Source: an uncultured Spirochaetales bacterium (lineage in GTDB: Bacteria; Spirochaetota; Spirochaetia; Sphaerochaetales; Sphaerochaetaceae). Taken from it: a stretch of 64,000 nt of DNA. Numbering within the stretch: position 1 is the first letter of the stretch; the number at the start of each line of letters is the position of its first letter. The DNA is taken from the NCBI GenBank assembly GCA_949288415.1, contig CASEKE010000010.1, forward strand, positions 1,979 to 65,978, written 5' to 3'. Shown here in pieces: positions 51,828 through 62,613 of the stretch. The notes beneath the pieces were generated by a model. That model was given only the letters and a program-made list of their open reading frames with translations. It had not been told where the DNA came from and ran no database searches. Position numbers and translations under genes: made by a program.

Positions 51828-52878
51828 GATGCATCAGGATTGTGGTCGTGGACGCTTTCTCGATGTCTTCCGGTACTGCCTGTCCCGTAGTCAGAAAAAG
51901 AAGAGGTAGAGCTCGCCTGCAACTGAACGATATGATGTTGCCTACGCTTTCGGTCTCGTCGAGCTTCGTGGCTATCATCACTTCCGGCTTGAACGAGGAA
52001 TACCTGTCTGCTTGCGCTTCCAGATCCTCCTCCTTCGTCGATGCAGAGGCGACATAGGCAAAGATGCTCGAGTAGCGGTCCAGCATTCCGAGCATGCCCT
52101 GCAGCCTGAGATTCAGTTCCTTGTCCCTGGGTGAAAGACCCATCGTATCGATGACGACGAGGTCGTAGTAGAAGAATTTCTCAAGTGCCCTCGAAAGCTC
52201 GTCCTCTGCGGTGATCAGCTCGTAAGGAAGACCAAGCGCATCCGAAAGGCCTGTTATCTGTGCAAATGCTCCTACCCTGTAGCTGTCGAGAGCTATGATC
52301 GCGACTCGCTTGCCTTCCTTCTTGTAGAGGGATGCTATCTTCGCGGCTGTCGTCGTCTTTCCCGAGCCTGTAGCGCCGAGCAGTACCAGCAGGTGCTTGG
52401 GCATGCCGAGGGCGCTATGGGCGATCTCCACTCTCGAGACGATAGCGGACGCTATCTCGTCCCGTACATCCCCTTTCCCGGTGACGGACGAAAGGATGTA
52501 TCCTCTCAGAGGATCTGAAATGCTGTTCTCGTCGAGTATCCTTTCCGCCTCACCGACGATTCCATATCCGTCGAAGGCTCCGCGATACACCTCGGTATCG
52601 AGACGCTCCCTGAGCGTGGTGCTGCTTGGATCCGGCGTCTGGGCCTCCTTCTCGAACTCCCTGATGGAGGCTTCGTCGTTGACCTTTTCCTCGCGAGCAG
52701 GGCCCTCTGCATCGGCGACGTAGAGGGTCAGATCGCACTTCTGCCTCTTTTTGGAGAAAAGTCCTCCGCCGACAGTGTAGTCCCGCCTCGAATGTATCCT
52801 TGCCAGATCCCCGTATTCCTCGCGGGCCTTCTGCACGGCTTCGTCATAACTTCCTGCTGTAATGGTTATGTATTTCAT
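51781..52878 (-). CDS. flhF: FlhF-like SRP-family GTPase
   Basis: N-terminus MKYITITAGSYDEAVQKAREEYG is typical of FlhF. G1 GATGSGKTTT, DSYR, DTMG and TKLDE are present. 365 aa. The 3' end overlaps the convergent PBP-like gene by 47 nt. Confidence 0.75.
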   Translation of the reverse strand: MKYITITAGSYDEAVQKAREEYGDLARIHSRRDYTVGGGLFSKKRQKCDLTLYVADAEGPAREEKVNDEASIREFEKEAQTPDPSSTTLRERLDTEVYRGAFDGYGIVGEAERILDENSISDPLRGYILSSVTGKGDVRDEIASAIVSRVEIAHSALGMPKHLLVLLGATGSGKTTTAAKIASLYKKEGKRVAIIALDSYRVGAFAQITGLSDALGLPYELITAEDELSRALEKFFYYDLVVIDTMGLSPRDKELNLRLQGMLGMLDRYSSIFAYVASASTKEEDLEAQADRYSSFKPEVMIATKLDETESVGNIISFSCRRALPLLFLTTGQAVPEDIEKASTTTILMHLRSLGLDMGRSGSQV

Positions 52879-52896
52879 TAGTTCGCTCTGAAGACC

Positions 52897-52917
52897 GGGG
52901 AGGGGTCGACCCTCCCC
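52897..52917. other. GC-rich hairpin between hslU and the flhF-like gene
   Basis: GGGGAGGG, loop GTCGA, CCCTCCCC. No adjoining U-tract on either strand. Confidence 0.6.
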
Positions 52918-52923
52918 TCATGA

Positions 52924-54261
52924 TCAAAGGATGTATCTTGTCAGATCCTGGTCGACTATGATCGATCCAAGCATCTTCTCCACATACGCATCGTCGACGA
53001 CGACGGTCTGACCCTTCATCTGGTCCGCGTTGAAGGAAAGATCCTCCAAGAGCTTCTCCATGACCGTATGAAGACGGCGTGCACCGATGTTGTCGGCGCT
53101 CAGATTCGCCTTTTCAGCTATGGCGCTTATCTTCCTTATCGCACTGTCGGCAAACTCGAGCGTCACGCCTTCGGTCGCAAGCAGCGCCTTGTATTGCTTG
53201 ACGATGGCATTGCTAGGTTCCGTGAGGATGCGGTAGAAATCGTCCGCAGTAAGATCCTTGAGCTCGACGCGGAGAGGGAACCTTCCCTGGAGCTCGGGGA
53301 TAAGGTCGCTAGGTTTGCTGATGCTGAAGGCGCCTGCTGCGATGAAAAGGATGTTGGTCGTATCGACCACGCCCCATTTCGTGGAAACCTTCGTTCCCTC
53401 TACGATCGGCAGGATGTCCCTCTGTACGCCTTCCCGCGACACGTCCGCAGTGTTCGTCGACCCTCTCGAACAGATCTTGTCGATTTCGTCGATGAATATT
53501 ATTCCCATCTCCTGGCATCTGGAGCGCGCTTCCTCGACGACCTTGTCGTCATCCACGATGCGATCGAGCTCCTCCTCGCGGAGAATCTCCCTTGCATGCT
53601 TTATCGTGACTTTTCTCACCTTGTGCTTCGGCGCACCTGTGAAAAGGTTGTTGATCTCTCCGAGCATGTTCGAGAAATCCTCACCGCCAGATCCGTCGCC
53701 TCCGGGGAAGACTCCGAATCCTGTAAGCTTGAGCCCCTGCGGTCTCACAGCCATCTCGACTTCTCTGTCGTCGAAAAGGCCTTTTTTGAGCATATCCCTG
53801 AACTTGTTCCGAGTATCTGCAAGTTGGACGTCGTTCTCCTTCTTCTCGCTGTCAATGGCAGGAAGAAGCAGGTCGAGAAGTCTCTCATCGACCTTCTCCT
53901 CGACCTCGGCCGCCCTGGAAGAATACATTTCTTCCTTGACCAAGGTGAACGAGGCCGCCATGAGGTCCTTTACCATGGACTCCACGTCGCGTCCGACGTA
54001 GCCTACCTCGGTGAACTTTGTCGCCTCAACCTTTATGAACGGAGCATTCGCAAGCTTTGCTATCCTGCGTGCGATTTCGGTCTTTCCGACTCCGGTAGGA
54101 CCGATCATTATGATGTTCTTCGGAGTAATCTCGTCCCTGAGCTCCTCCGGAAGCTGCTTTCGTCTCACTCTGTTGCGCAGTGCGACCGCGATGAGTCTCT
54201 TCGCGTCGTCCTGTCCGATTATGTACTGATCGAGCGATGCCACTATCTCGCGCGGCATCAT
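52924..54261 (-). CDS. hslU: ATP-dependent protease ATPase subunit HslU
   Basis: Start at ATG 54261. MMPREIVASLDQYIIGQDDAKR is colinear with the E. coli HslU N-terminus. Walker A GPTGVGKTE. 445 aa. Confidence 0.96.
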   Translation of the reverse strand: MMPREIVASLDQYIIGQDDAKRLIAVALRNRVRRKQLPEELRDEITPKNIIMIGPTGVGKTEIARRIAKLANAPFIKVEATKFTEVGYVGRDVESMVKDLMAASFTLVKEEMYSSRAAEVEEKVDERLLDLLLPAIDSEKKENDVQLADTRNKFRDMLKKGLFDDREVEMAVRPQGLKLTGFGVFPGGDGSGGEDFSNMLGEINNLFTGAPKHKVRKVTIKHAREILREEELDRIVDDDKVVEEARSRCQEMGIIFIDEIDKICSRGSTNTADVSREGVQRDILPIVEGTKVSTKWGVVDTTNILFIAAGAFSISKPSDLIPELQGRFPLRVELKDLTADDFYRILTEPSNAIVKQYKALLATEGVTLEFADSAIRKISAIAEKANLSADNIGARRLHTVMEKLLEDLSFNADQMKGQTVVVDDAYVEKMLGSIIVDQDLTRYIL

Positions 54262-54274
54262 TTCATCAAGACCT

Positions 54275-54817
54275 CTACTTTTCATCGAGTACCTCCGTGA
54301 TGATGCTGTGGTTGGTATATATGCAGATGTCAGCCGCAATCGCTATGCTTCTCTTCGCGATCTCGAGAGCGTCGAAATCGACTCCGGAATCGAGATATGC
54401 CCTTGCCGCGGCCTCTGCAAAATTGCCTCCGCTGCCGATTGCAAGAACATCGCCTTCCGGTTCGAGCACGTCTCCGACACCGCTGAGAAGGAACATCTTC
54501 CTACCGTCGCTCGCGAGCATCATAGCCTCGAGATTCCTCAGCTGTTTGTCCATTCTCCACTGCTTGGCAAGCTCGACCGCGGCCCTTGTCAGGTCGCCGT
54601 TGTACTGCCTCAGCTTCTCCTCGAAAAGCTCGAAAAGAGTAAAGGCGTCAGCCGTTCCACCGGCAAAGCCGATTATGACCTTGCCGTCGTAGAGTCTTCT
54701 GACCTTCCTTGCATTTCCCTTTACGACAGTGTTGCCCATCGTAACCTGTCCGTCGCCTGCTATGGCGACTTTTCCGTTCTTTCTTACGGCGACGATCGTC
54801 GTTCCCTGCATCTGCAT
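54275..54817 (-). CDS. hslV: ATP-dependent protease subunit HslV
   Basis: Start at ATG 54817 or 54811 (AAGGA RBS). Catalytic N-terminal [21 protein letters not shown]. Confidence 0.95.
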   Translation of the reverse strand: MQMQGTTIVAVRKNGKVAIAGDGQVTMGNTVVKGNARKVRRLYDGKVIIGFAGGTADAFTLFELFEEKLRQYNGDLTRAAVELAKQWRMDKQLRNLEAMMLASDGRKMFLLSGVGDVLEPEGDVLAIGSGGNFAEAAARAYLDSGVDFDALEIAKRSIAIAADICIYTNHSIITEVLDEK

Positions 54818-54848
54818 CTGTCCTTCTTCTCCCGGAAAGGCCGGGATA

Positions 54849-55760
54849 TCATCTTTTCTTTCCAGTTCCGCCGGAATGGGGATGAGTCTCCTCGTACACT
54901 TTTCTGAGCTTCGCCTTCGATACATGGGTATATATCTGCGTGGTCGAAATGCTCTCGTGCCCCAGCAACTCCTGGACGAAACGTATGTCTGCTCCATTGT
55001 CCATGAGTTCCGTAGCGAAAGTGTGCCTCAGCACGTGAGGCGTGAAATCGCCGCGGATGCCGAACAAAGCCTTATACTCATCAAAGATAATATGCGAGGT
55101 GCTGAAAGGCAACCTGATTCCGGTTTTTCCGATGAAAAGGGCCCCCGGATCGGTAAATCCCATCCGGGCCAGATATGACCGCCTTTCCTCGACATAATGC
55201 CGCAATGGATCGACAACCTTCAAATTCAGGAACAGGAATCTGGTCTTTCCGCCCTTTCCTACTATCCTTATCCTGCGCCGTGACCACTCGATGTCCTCGA
55301 CGTCTATTCCGAGAGCCTCGGAGATTCTCGCACCTGTCGAATAGAGGAAAACAAAGAGCATATGATCCCTCTCTCCTAGGAATCCGTCCTTACGGATGGT
55401 GAGCATCCTTTTTATCTCATCCTTGGAAAGGATCGACGGAAGCCTCTCCTCGTTGCGCCTGAGGGAAATGTATAGAAACGGATTCTCGAATACCACGCCA
55501 ATCTTCATGAGGTATTCGAAATACGTCCTCATTGTCGTGATCTTTCTCAGCAGGCTCCTCGAAGAAAAACGCTCCTGGAGGAGCCGAACGTACTCCCTCG
55601 CATCGTGGAAATCGAAATCCTCCTCGACAAGACCGCGGCTATCCAGGAAATCCTGGAACTGCTCCAAATCCTTCCCGTAACCCAGCAACGTATTTGCGCT
55701 CAGATCCTTCACTGCCGCCGCGTATTCAAGATAGCCTCTGACTCTTTCGTTTTCCTGCAT
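54849..55760 (-). CDS. xerC: Tyrosine site-specific recombinase, Xer family (hslVU-linked)
   Basis: C-terminal catalytic R..HxxR..Y set ([28 protein letters not shown]). The start is uncertain (55760 or 55778). The XerC versus XerD assignment rests only on hslVU linkage. Confidence 0.8.
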   Translation of the reverse strand: MQENERVRGYLEYAAAVKDLSANTLLGYGKDLEQFQDFLDSRGLVEEDFDFHDAREYVRLLQERFSSRSLLRKITTMRTYFEYLMKIGVVFENPFLYISLRRNEERLPSILSKDEIKRMLTIRKDGFLGERDHMLFVFLYSTGARISEALGIDVEDIEWSRRRIRIVGKGGKTRFLFLNLKVVDPLRHYVEERRSYLARMGFTDPGALFIGKTGIRLPFSTSHIIFDEYKALFGIRGDFTPHVLRHTFATELMDNGADIRFVQELLGHESISTTQIYTHVSKAKLRKVYEETHPHSGGTGKKR

Positions 55761-55797
55761 GGAAGAAAGATAGCACATCGAGGTGTTTCTTTGAACC

Positions 55798-56442
55798 TCA
55801 AAGTCTGAGAATGGAAAATCTCCTTGCAGATTCCCTCTCCCGGAATTCTCCGTCCTCGGTCTCGAATGCATATGCCGATGGCAGTCCGAGCCAGGATGAA
55901 AAGCCGTCAAGAACTGCCGCGCCTTCGACTGCGAGGCGTCTCAGACATGGCTCGGAAAGCGCCGGACGAAGGATGGCGACGTCCCTTCCGAGATCGAGTG
56001 CACGTTCGAAGATCCTGCAGTTTCTGGCGTTGACCGCAACGACTGCATCGCAAAGCGACAGTGCCAGCTCGCCTGCACGGGCTATGTCCTCTCCCCTAAG
56101 TCTTCCGCGTCCCCTAGAAGAATCGCTTATGTACGCGCCGTCGAGAATGAAGACATCCCTCTTGCGCCCTCGTATCATTGCGTTTCTGACATCCTCATAA
56201 AGGACGGCATACATCCGCCCATCCATCTGGAACGCCGCATCCAGCACGCAGTAGAATGTCTTATACTCACCGTTGACTATGATCGACCAGCCCGACGAGA
56301 ATGCCTCGAGGGCGAAAGAGAAGATGCATGGCAGAATACCGGGATCGACCTCCTTGGCCGTATATAGAAAGACCGTCGGAGAATCTTTCCTGACGTCCGT
56401 CCCAAGATAGTAATAGTCCCCGTTTCCCTTTCTGGCTTCCAT
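55798..56442 (-). CDS. Divergent DprA/Smf-like Rossmann-fold protein
   Basis: Weak by-eye similarity to the DprA core (DIARAGELALSLCDAVVAVNA..., ALDLGRDVAILRP) and smf-xerC-hslVU-type synteny. The start is taken at ATG 56442. Function is uncertain. Confidence 0.45.
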   Translation of the reverse strand: MEARKGNGDYYYLGTDVRKDSPTVFLYTAKEVDPGILPCIFSFALEAFSSGWSIIVNGEYKTFYCVLDAAFQMDGRMYAVLYEDVRNAMIRGRKRDVFILDGAYISDSSRGRGRLRGEDIARAGELALSLCDAVVAVNARNCRIFERALDLGRDVAILRPALSEPCLRRLAVEGAAVLDGFSSWLGLPSAYAFETEDGEFRERESARRFSILRL

Positions 56443-56462
56443 GCAGAAATAGTGGAGAAAGA

Positions 56463-57206
56463 CTAGAAAACGTCCAATATCTCCAGGTAAAGAAGAGCCA
56501 GGACGAGAAGCAGCATCGGACGGATGATCTTTTTTTCCATCTTCAATGCCATCTGCGAACCGACGAGTCCACCGGCTATGCTGCATATGGCGCAGGGAAT
56601 TCCGAGCGCATAGTCAACGCTTCCGTCCATCACGAAGATGGCTAGCGAGACAACGTTGGAGGTGAGGTTGACAACCTTGCAGTTGCCGACGCTGCAGATC
56701 ATCGAGAATCCGGCAAGGGAAAATGCAAGAGTCAGGAACATCCCGGTCCCAGGACCGAAGAAACCGTCGTAGACCCCGATCAGGAACGAAAAGGCTGCGA
56801 TCGCCACATATGTCCCGGTACCGATCGACCTTGTCGTCTCATCCTTTCTGTCCTTGCGGAATATAGTAAAAAGGGTGACGAACGGAATGATGATCATCAT
56901 CGCATAGCGGAAGTAGTAGTCGCTGTAAAGCAAGGCGAGGTTTGCACCGACAGTCGCACCGAACACGGCAAGTGCCGCTCCGACCAGCGCGCTGCGCCAT
57001 GCGATGGCGCCGTTCCTGGCGTAGTTTACGGTCGCAAAGGCAGTCCCGAACGTGGAACTGAACTTGTTGTTGGCAAGAGCATTCACGGGCGGCAGCCCGT
57101 AGGCATAGTATGCCGTGAGGCTGACAAGTCCGCCTCCTCCCGCGATTGAATCTATGAATCCTGCAAGGAAAATCAGGAAATAAAGAAAAAGTGGAAGATC
57201 ATTCAT
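56463..57206 (-). CDS. TauE/SafE (TSUP) family membrane transporter
   Basis: 247 aa with 7-8 TM helices. N-terminal FLAGFIDSIAGGGGLV motif. Confidence 0.85.
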   Translation of the reverse strand: MNDLPLFLYFLIFLAGFIDSIAGGGGLVSLTAYYAYGLPPVNALANNKFSSTFGTAFATVNYARNGAIAWRSALVGAALAVFGATVGANLALLYSDYYFRYAMMIIIPFVTLFTIFRKDRKDETTRSIGTGTYVAIAAFSFLIGVYDGFFGPGTGMFLTLAFSLAGFSMICSVGNCKVVNLTSNVVSLAIFVMDGSVDYALGIPCAICSIAGGLVGSQMALKMEKKIIRPMLLLVLALLYLEILDVF

Positions 57207-58143
57207 CGTCTTTCTCTCCGTCTTCGATTTCGATATCGAAGGACGGACTGAATCTGTCGAATTCGCTCAAAAGCCCCGCGGTATCAAGATGAGTATATAT
57301 CTGTGTCGTCTTGATGTCACTATGCCCGAGCATCTCTTGCACGCTACGTATGTCCGCTCCGTTCTCGAGCATATGGGTTGCAAAGCTGTGCCTGAGGGTA
57401 TGCACAGTGGCCTCAAGCCCCACCGACTCGATCCGCTGATGGAAGCGCTTGTGTACGGCCTGCCTCGTAAGCGGTCTTCCGTTGCGTCCGAGAAAGATGA
57501 TGTCGCGGGCGTAGCGTGGATCCTTCACAAGCTGAGGCCTCACGTTCGCAAGGTAGAAATCCAGTGCGTTCGAGGCGACTTTCCCGATGAAGACGATTCT
57601 CTCCTTGTTTCTCTTGCCTATCACCCTGAGACTATGCTCCTCCGGTCTGTAGGCTCCCATGGGAAGACTTATGACCTCGCTTATCCTCATACCGGACGAG
57701 TACACCAGCTCGAAGAGAGTGTAGTCCCTGACCATCAGTATGTTCGAATCGTCACGGAACTCATCGAGGAGAGCATCCACCTCCGCCTTGCTGAGAGTAC
57801 GCGGCAGATATTCCCTCTTCTTGGGCTTTTCGATCAGGAGAACCGGGTTGTCCTCTCTGATCCTCTCTTTTGCCAGGAACATGAAGAAGCTTCTAAGAGC
57901 CGAGAGAAGCTTGGAAACCGATCTCTCGGAAAGGTCGTCCTCCTTCCTCCGGTCAAATATGAAACATTCTATATCCTTGAACGAGACCGTCTCCAGAGCG
58001 AGGGAATTATTTTCCAGGTAGTCCAGAAAAAACAATACCTCCCTTCTGTAGACATCTCTCGTCGAAGTGGAGAGACGTCGCTCAAAAGTGAGGTAGTCAG
58101 AGAATTCCTCCGCAAGCTGGCTGTCGCGGCTACTTGTCATCAT
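57199..58143 (-). CDS. xerD: Tyrosine site-specific recombinase, Xer family
   Basis: N-terminal SAM-like core-binding domain. Catalytic [12 protein letters not shown] and [16 protein letters not shown]. 314 aa. The XerD label is tentative. Confidence 0.8.
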   Translation of the reverse strand: MMTSSRDSQLAEEFSDYLTFERRLSTSTRDVYRREVLFFLDYLENNSLALETVSFKDIECFIFDRRKEDDLSERSVSKLLSALRSFFMFLAKERIREDNPVLLIEKPKKREYLPRTLSKAEVDALLDEFRDDSNILMVRDYTLFELVYSSGMRISEVISLPMGAYRPEEHSLRVIGKRNKERIVFIGKVASNALDFYLANVRPQLVKDPRYARDIIFLGRNGRPLTRQAVHKRFHQRIESVGLEATVHTLRHSFATHMLENGADIRSVQEMLGHSDIKTTQIYTHLDTAGLLSEFDRFSPSFDIEIEDGEKDDE

Positions 58144-59446
58144 CGTGCCTGGAATATCTCAGGACCGCCGGGATGTTGTAGTCGTTACTGTTCGCATTGT
58201 TCTTCTTACCAAGCTGCTGCTGGAGATCCTGCCAGCGATTGACCGTGATTGCGCTGGGATCCGCATTCTGGAGGCTACTCTGCGGCGAACTCTGGTGAAC
58301 GGGAGTCTCGGGTCTTCTTTCCCTCGAATCCCTAGCGTAGTCGCGCATGTACTCGCGGCTATCTCTCTGGGATGCGGCTTCCTTCTGCACATCGTCACGC
58401 TTTTCGGCCTTGGAGAAATCCTTTCTGAATACGTCCGCCTCGCTGTCTCCGGTCGAGACGTCGGACTTCCTCTCGAATCCCGTGGCGACGACCGTAACTC
58501 TGATCCTGTCTCCGAGCGACGGATTGTACGACTGTCCAGCTATGACGAGCACGTCTTCCGCGCAGTTCTGCGTGATGATCTCGACCACATCCTGATACTC
58601 CTGGATCGTAAGGCTGTCGCCTCCTGCGAGGTTTACAAGAACACTCTTCGCTCCGTCGATGGATGCGTTCTCGAGAAGCTGGTTGTTGATAGCGAGCTTC
58701 GCGGCCTCGACGGCGCGGTTGGCGCCTTCCCCGAATCCGAGTCCGATCAATGCATCGCCTTTGCCCTTCATGACCGTCTTTACATCAGCAAAGTCGATGT
58801 TGATCTCGCCAGGCTCTGTGATTAGATCGGATATTCCCTGCACCGACTGCTGCAGTGCGCTGTCGGCGATGATGAACGCCTTCTTGATCGGCGTGTTGTT
58901 GTCCACGATGTTGAGAAGATGCTGGTTCGGGATCAGAATGAGGGTATCGACCTGCTTGCGCAGCTTCTCGATTCCCGCCTTAGCCAGCTGGAGCTTCTTC
59001 TTGCCTTCGAAGGCGAACGGGGTCGTTACTACGGCCACAGTCAGCGCTCCGAGACTCTTTGCGATCTCTGCGACGACCGAGACGGCTCCAGTTCCCGTCC
59101 CGCCGCCCATTCCGGCCGTGATGAAGACCATATCGGCGTTCTCGAGCGCCTGTCGGATCTCCTCCTTGCTTTCCTGTGCAGCCTTCTCGCCTATTTCAGG
59201 CTGTCCTCCGGCTCCCAGACCGCCCGTCAGCTCCTTGCCGATCGGAATCCTTATCTGGGCATTCGACCTCTGGAGCGCCTGCACATCAGTGTTGAGGGCG
59301 ATGAAAGTGACCTTCTTGAGGCCGGCCTCCATCATCCTGTTCACGGCGTTTCCGCCGCCGCCGCCTACGCCGACGACCTTGATGATTGTCGGAGCTGCCT
59401 GTTCCCCGGTTGTTGTATCCTCAATGTCAAAGATGTCGAAATTCAT
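58130..59446 (-). CDS. ftsZ: Cell division GTPase FtsZ
   Basis: Tubulin signature GGGTGTG and [17 protein letters not shown]. 438 aa with a disordered C-terminal linker. Confidence 0.97.
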   Translation of the reverse strand: MNFDIFDIEDTTTGEQAAPTIIKVVGVGGGGGNAVNRMMEAGLKKVTFIALNTDVQALQRSNAQIRIPIGKELTGGLGAGGQPEIGEKAAQESKEEIRQALENADMVFITAGMGGGTGTGAVSVVAEIAKSLGALTVAVVTTPFAFEGKKKLQLAKAGIEKLRKQVDTLILIPNQHLLNIVDNNTPIKKAFIIADSALQQSVQGISDLITEPGEINIDFADVKTVMKGKGDALIGLGFGEGANRAVEAAKLAINNQLLENASIDGAKSVLVNLAGGDSLTIQEYQDVVEIITQNCAEDVLVIAGQSYNPSLGDRIRVTVVATGFERKSDVSTGDSEADVFRKDFSKAEKRDDVQKEAASQRDSREYMRDYARDSRERRPETPVHQSSPQSSLQNADPSAITVNRWQDLQQQLGKKNNANSNDYNIPAVLRYSRHDDDK

Positions 59447-59458
59447 ATCCCTCTCCTA

Positions 59459-60694
59459 CTAAAACAGCTTGCCAAGCAAGCCCTTGAACTTCTTTCCAAA
59501 ACCCGACTTGTCCCCGCGGGTCGTATTGCCGAGTCCGCTGGAGTCCCGGTACTTCTTCGCCTCAAGCTTGATCAGCCCGAGAACCGTCGAATACCTAGGA
59601 TCGATGTACTGCCTGTCCAGTCCGTTGATCGCGATCGGGAAACCGAGCCTAGCCGGAATCCTGAAGATTTCCGCTGCGAGCTCCGTGACGCCAGAAAGCA
59701 ACGCACCACCGCCGACAAGGACTATCCCCGCACCGTACGAACCATTGATGTCGTTCTCCTCCAGCTTGCTCTGAAGCATGCTGAATATCTCCGCCATCCT
59801 TGGCTCTATGACCTTTGCAAGCTCCCTCTTGGGAAGCCTTATCGCCGGCTTTCCGCCGACTGCAGGCGTCTGTATCATCTCGTCCGGAGGGACGCTAGGC
59901 GTATGGCACGAACCGTCGGAAAGCTTGATCGACTCGGCAGCCACCTTCGGGAGCTGGAAGACATAGGCGATGTCGCTCGTCACGTTGTCCCCTCCGAGAC
60001 CGATTCCGCCGACGTAGACAGGACTTCCTGCTGCGTAGCATATCATGTTGGTCGTACCGGCACCGATGTTGATGACGATAGCCCCCATCTCCTTCTCCTC
60101 GCTGGTGAGGACAACCTCGCTGTCGGCAAGACTCTGGAGAACCATTCTCTGCACCTGGATGCCGGCTTTCTGTACGCACTTGCGCTGGTTCTGGCATATC
60201 GACGATGAGCCCGTGACGAGAAGCACCCTGGTATCAAGTCTGTGCCCGAGCATGTCTATGGGATCCTTGATTCCGCTTCTGGAATCGACCTGGAAATCCT
60301 GGACAAGCGTATGAAGTATCTCCTTGTCCTGCGGAAGGTCGTGCGCCCTTGCGATATCTATCGACTTTCTTATGTCGTCGTTCTTTATCTCCTGATCCTT
60401 GCTCGTTATTCCTACCGCACCGTTGCTCGTTATGCCCTGTATGTGGTCTCCGCCTATGCCAAGAATGACGGAACTGACTTCCGTGCCGCTTTGAAGCTCG
60501 GCATCGCTGATGACGGAATTGATAGCCTTGAGCGTCTGCTCTATGTTAACGATACTACCGGACTTGACACCTTCGCTGTTCCTCTCGGCGATTGCCTCGA
60601 TCATCAGTTGTCCGTCCCTTGAGACGGAACCTATCACCGCCCTGATCGATGAAGTACCTATGTCCAGTCCCAACAATGTCTTATCAGTCGCCAT
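59459..60694 (-). CDS. ftsA: Cell division protein FtsA
   Basis: Actin-fold motifs (LDIGTSSIRAV, INIGAGTTN, LVGGGA). 411 aa. Immediately upstream of ftsZ. Confidence 0.95.
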   Translation of the reverse strand: MATDKTLLGLDIGTSSIRAVIGSVSRDGQLMIEAIAERNSEGVKSGSIVNIEQTLKAINSVISDAELQSGTEVSSVILGIGGDHIQGITSNGAVGITSKDQEIKNDDIRKSIDIARAHDLPQDKEILHTLVQDFQVDSRSGIKDPIDMLGHRLDTRVLLVTGSSSICQNQRKCVQKAGIQVQRMVLQSLADSEVVLTSEEKEMGAIVINIGAGTTNMICYAAGSPVYVGGIGLGGDNVTSDIAYVFQLPKVAAESIKLSDGSCHTPSVPPDEMIQTPAVGGKPAIRLPKRELAKVIEPRMAEIFSMLQSKLEENDINGSYGAGIVLVGGGALLSGVTELAAEIFRIPARLGFPIAINGLDRQYIDPRYSTVLGLIKLEAKKYRDSSGLGNTTRGDKSGFGKKFKGLLGKLF

Positions 60695-61442
60695 CTACGA
60701 TCCTCTTCCGCTCAACAAGGACATTGCCCTTGAGCTCATACTCTCTTTCTTTTCCTGCAGGAAGAACGACGGAATCATCGGAGATGATCCCGATGCTCCG
60801 GGCAAGATTGACCGCATCGACAGCCTCGCCTACAGTAAGGACTGCATTGGAAGACGGAATGTAAAGCTTCAGTTCTCCGAAGCCGTCACCTGTTCCGCTG
60901 ATGTAGGTCGCATACCCGATCAACCTGCAATTATATCCAATTTGCTCATACAAATCCAATAATAATGCTAACACTTGTCCAAACTGATTTTCAATGCCAA
61001 AACGGGAAATATATCGAAGTTGTTCGCCGCTGACGGCAAGCAGCGGATAGTGCTTGCGAAGAACGCTCATGTCCGCAGGATCGACTTGGTGCGCCTTGCC
61101 GTCGTCGACCAGGAGAAACGACGTGCCGTCTCCCAGCAGAAGACAGTCCTTCTTCATCGTCAGATCGACAAAAAGATCATGCGAGGAATAGGTATAGCCG
61201 ACGCTTTCCAGATACGGGGTGTCGGCGATGCTTCCCTTGAGAGAAGAGACTATGGAAGATGCCGCTCCCTTTCCCACGAAGCGGCCGATCTGACGCTCCA
61301 GCGAGAAAGGGACCTCGATCGAAATGTCGACGTTTCTTATCTCGACGAATGGAAAGGCAAATGCGATTCCGGCCAGAAAAATGAGGAACATGACGGATAT
61401 CGATATTGCAGCAAGCATCTTTCTAGCCACGTCTTCGTTCAT
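60684..61442 (-). CDS. ftsQ: FtsQ-like cell division protein
   Basis: Start at ATG 61442. Single TM (AAISISVMFLIFLAGIAFAF) followed by a POTRA-like start (VEIRNVDI). Its position between ftsW and ftsA supports the call. Confidence 0.65.
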   Translation of the reverse strand: MNEDVARKMLAAISISVMFLIFLAGIAFAFPFVEIRNVDISIEVPFSLERQIGRFVGKGAASSIVSSLKGSIADTPYLESVGYTYSSHDLFVDLTMKKDCLLLGDGTSFLLVDDGKAHQVDPADMSVLRKHYPLLAVSGEQLRYISRFGIENQFGQVLALLLDLYEQIGYNCRLIGYATYISGTGDGFGELKLYIPSSNAVLTVGEAVDAVNLARSIGIISDDSVVLPAGKEREYELKGNVLVERKRIVDGD

Positions 61443-62592
61443 AGCCCCTTCCCGTGATATGGATGAATCGATATAGAAGCGAACATTCGAGTATGGTGAG
61501 GAAATACTCCGGTCCGTTCGCACTGAAAAATGGAAAGCATATTCCGCTAGATGGAAAGATTCCAATCGTGACAAGTATGCTCAGAAGAGCCTTTAGGATT
61601 ATCAGATAGGTATAGCCGAGCGCGGCGATCCTGATGAAGTCCAGTCCCTGCCTGCACGCCCTCGCCGCCGCACGTAGGCCAAGGAACATGAAGAGCGAGA
61701 AAACGCAGAAAATCAGCATGATTCCTACGAAGCCCACCTCCTCGGCAAAAGAAGCGAATACATAGTCAAGATGGATGTCGGGAATGATCCCGAGCTTGTA
61801 GAGCCCACGTCCGATTCCCTTGCCGAATATTCCTCCTTCGGCGATTGCGGAAATGCAGTCGAACACTATCCTGGACTCCGGGCCCATGTCGCTGGACGGC
61901 ATCAGGCGCGAAAAGATCATCAGCGTCTGGTCCTTGCTGGAAAGCACGACCAGGATCACAAACGTAAGGAGGAAGAGAGCGAAAGTGAACGTATACTTCC
62001 TCTCGATTCCTCCCGCATTGAAAAGGATCAGAAGAATCAGGAAATAAAGTATCGCATAGGTGTACTGTCCGAGGATTGCCATCGAGACGATTATAAGCAC
62101 GGCGGATGAGGCCACGAAAAGATATATCCAGCCGCGCCTCTCCCTCTTTCTTATGCGGGGAAACGCCGAAGCGATGAAAAGAACCGTCGAGAAAATGACG
62201 AAATCCGATACGCGGAAAAAGGGAAAGGGCACAAAAGCGGAGGCATCGTAGCCTACGATTTTCAGTATCGCCGCCAAAACGAGGAAAACTACGGAAAGAG
62301 GGAACACGCCCAGCGATATCTTTTCCAGCTTCTCCAGCGGCGTGAAATATAGGACGATACCAGAGACCAGCGCAAGCATGCCGTACAGTACCATCTCGAG
62401 AAGAAAGTAATAATGGGCCTGCCCCATCCTGATCGCATAGTCGTAGCTCGCACTGTACGCAAAGAGGAGTCCCATCATCGAGAGGATCAGCGTGATGCAT
62501 AGGAAAGTGAAGGGAGACAAGGAACCGCTCTGCTCGTCCAGATTGACATCCCTGAGGGTGAAATCGTCGTAATTTGTCTCGTACCTTTCCAT
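61423..62592 (-). CDS. ftsW: SEDS-family protein FtsW/RodA
   Basis: About 10 TM helices. Typical SEDS motifs near the C-terminus (AEEVGFVG, PSSGICFPFFS). The first ATG is 62592, and the track start 62613 is TTG. Confidence 0.88.
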   Translation of the reverse strand: MERYETNYDDFTLRDVNLDEQSGSLSPFTFLCITLILSMMGLLFAYSASYDYAIRMGQAHYYFLLEMVLYGMLALVSGIVLYFTPLEKLEKISLGVFPLSVVFLVLAAILKIVGYDASAFVPFPFFRVSDFVIFSTVLFIASAFPRIRKRERRGWIYLFVASSAVLIIVSMAILGQYTYAILYFLILLILFNAGGIERKYTFTFALFLLTFVILVVLSSKDQTLMIFSRLMPSSDMGPESRIVFDCISAIAEGGIFGKGIGRGLYKLGIIPDIHLDYVFASFAEEVGFVGIMLIFCVFSLFMFLGLRAAARACRQGLDFIRIAALGYTYLIILKALLSILVTIGIFPSSGICFPFFSANGPEYFLTILECSLLYRFIHITGRGYERRRG

Positions 62593-62613
62593 AATAGTTG
62601 AATATTGCCACAA

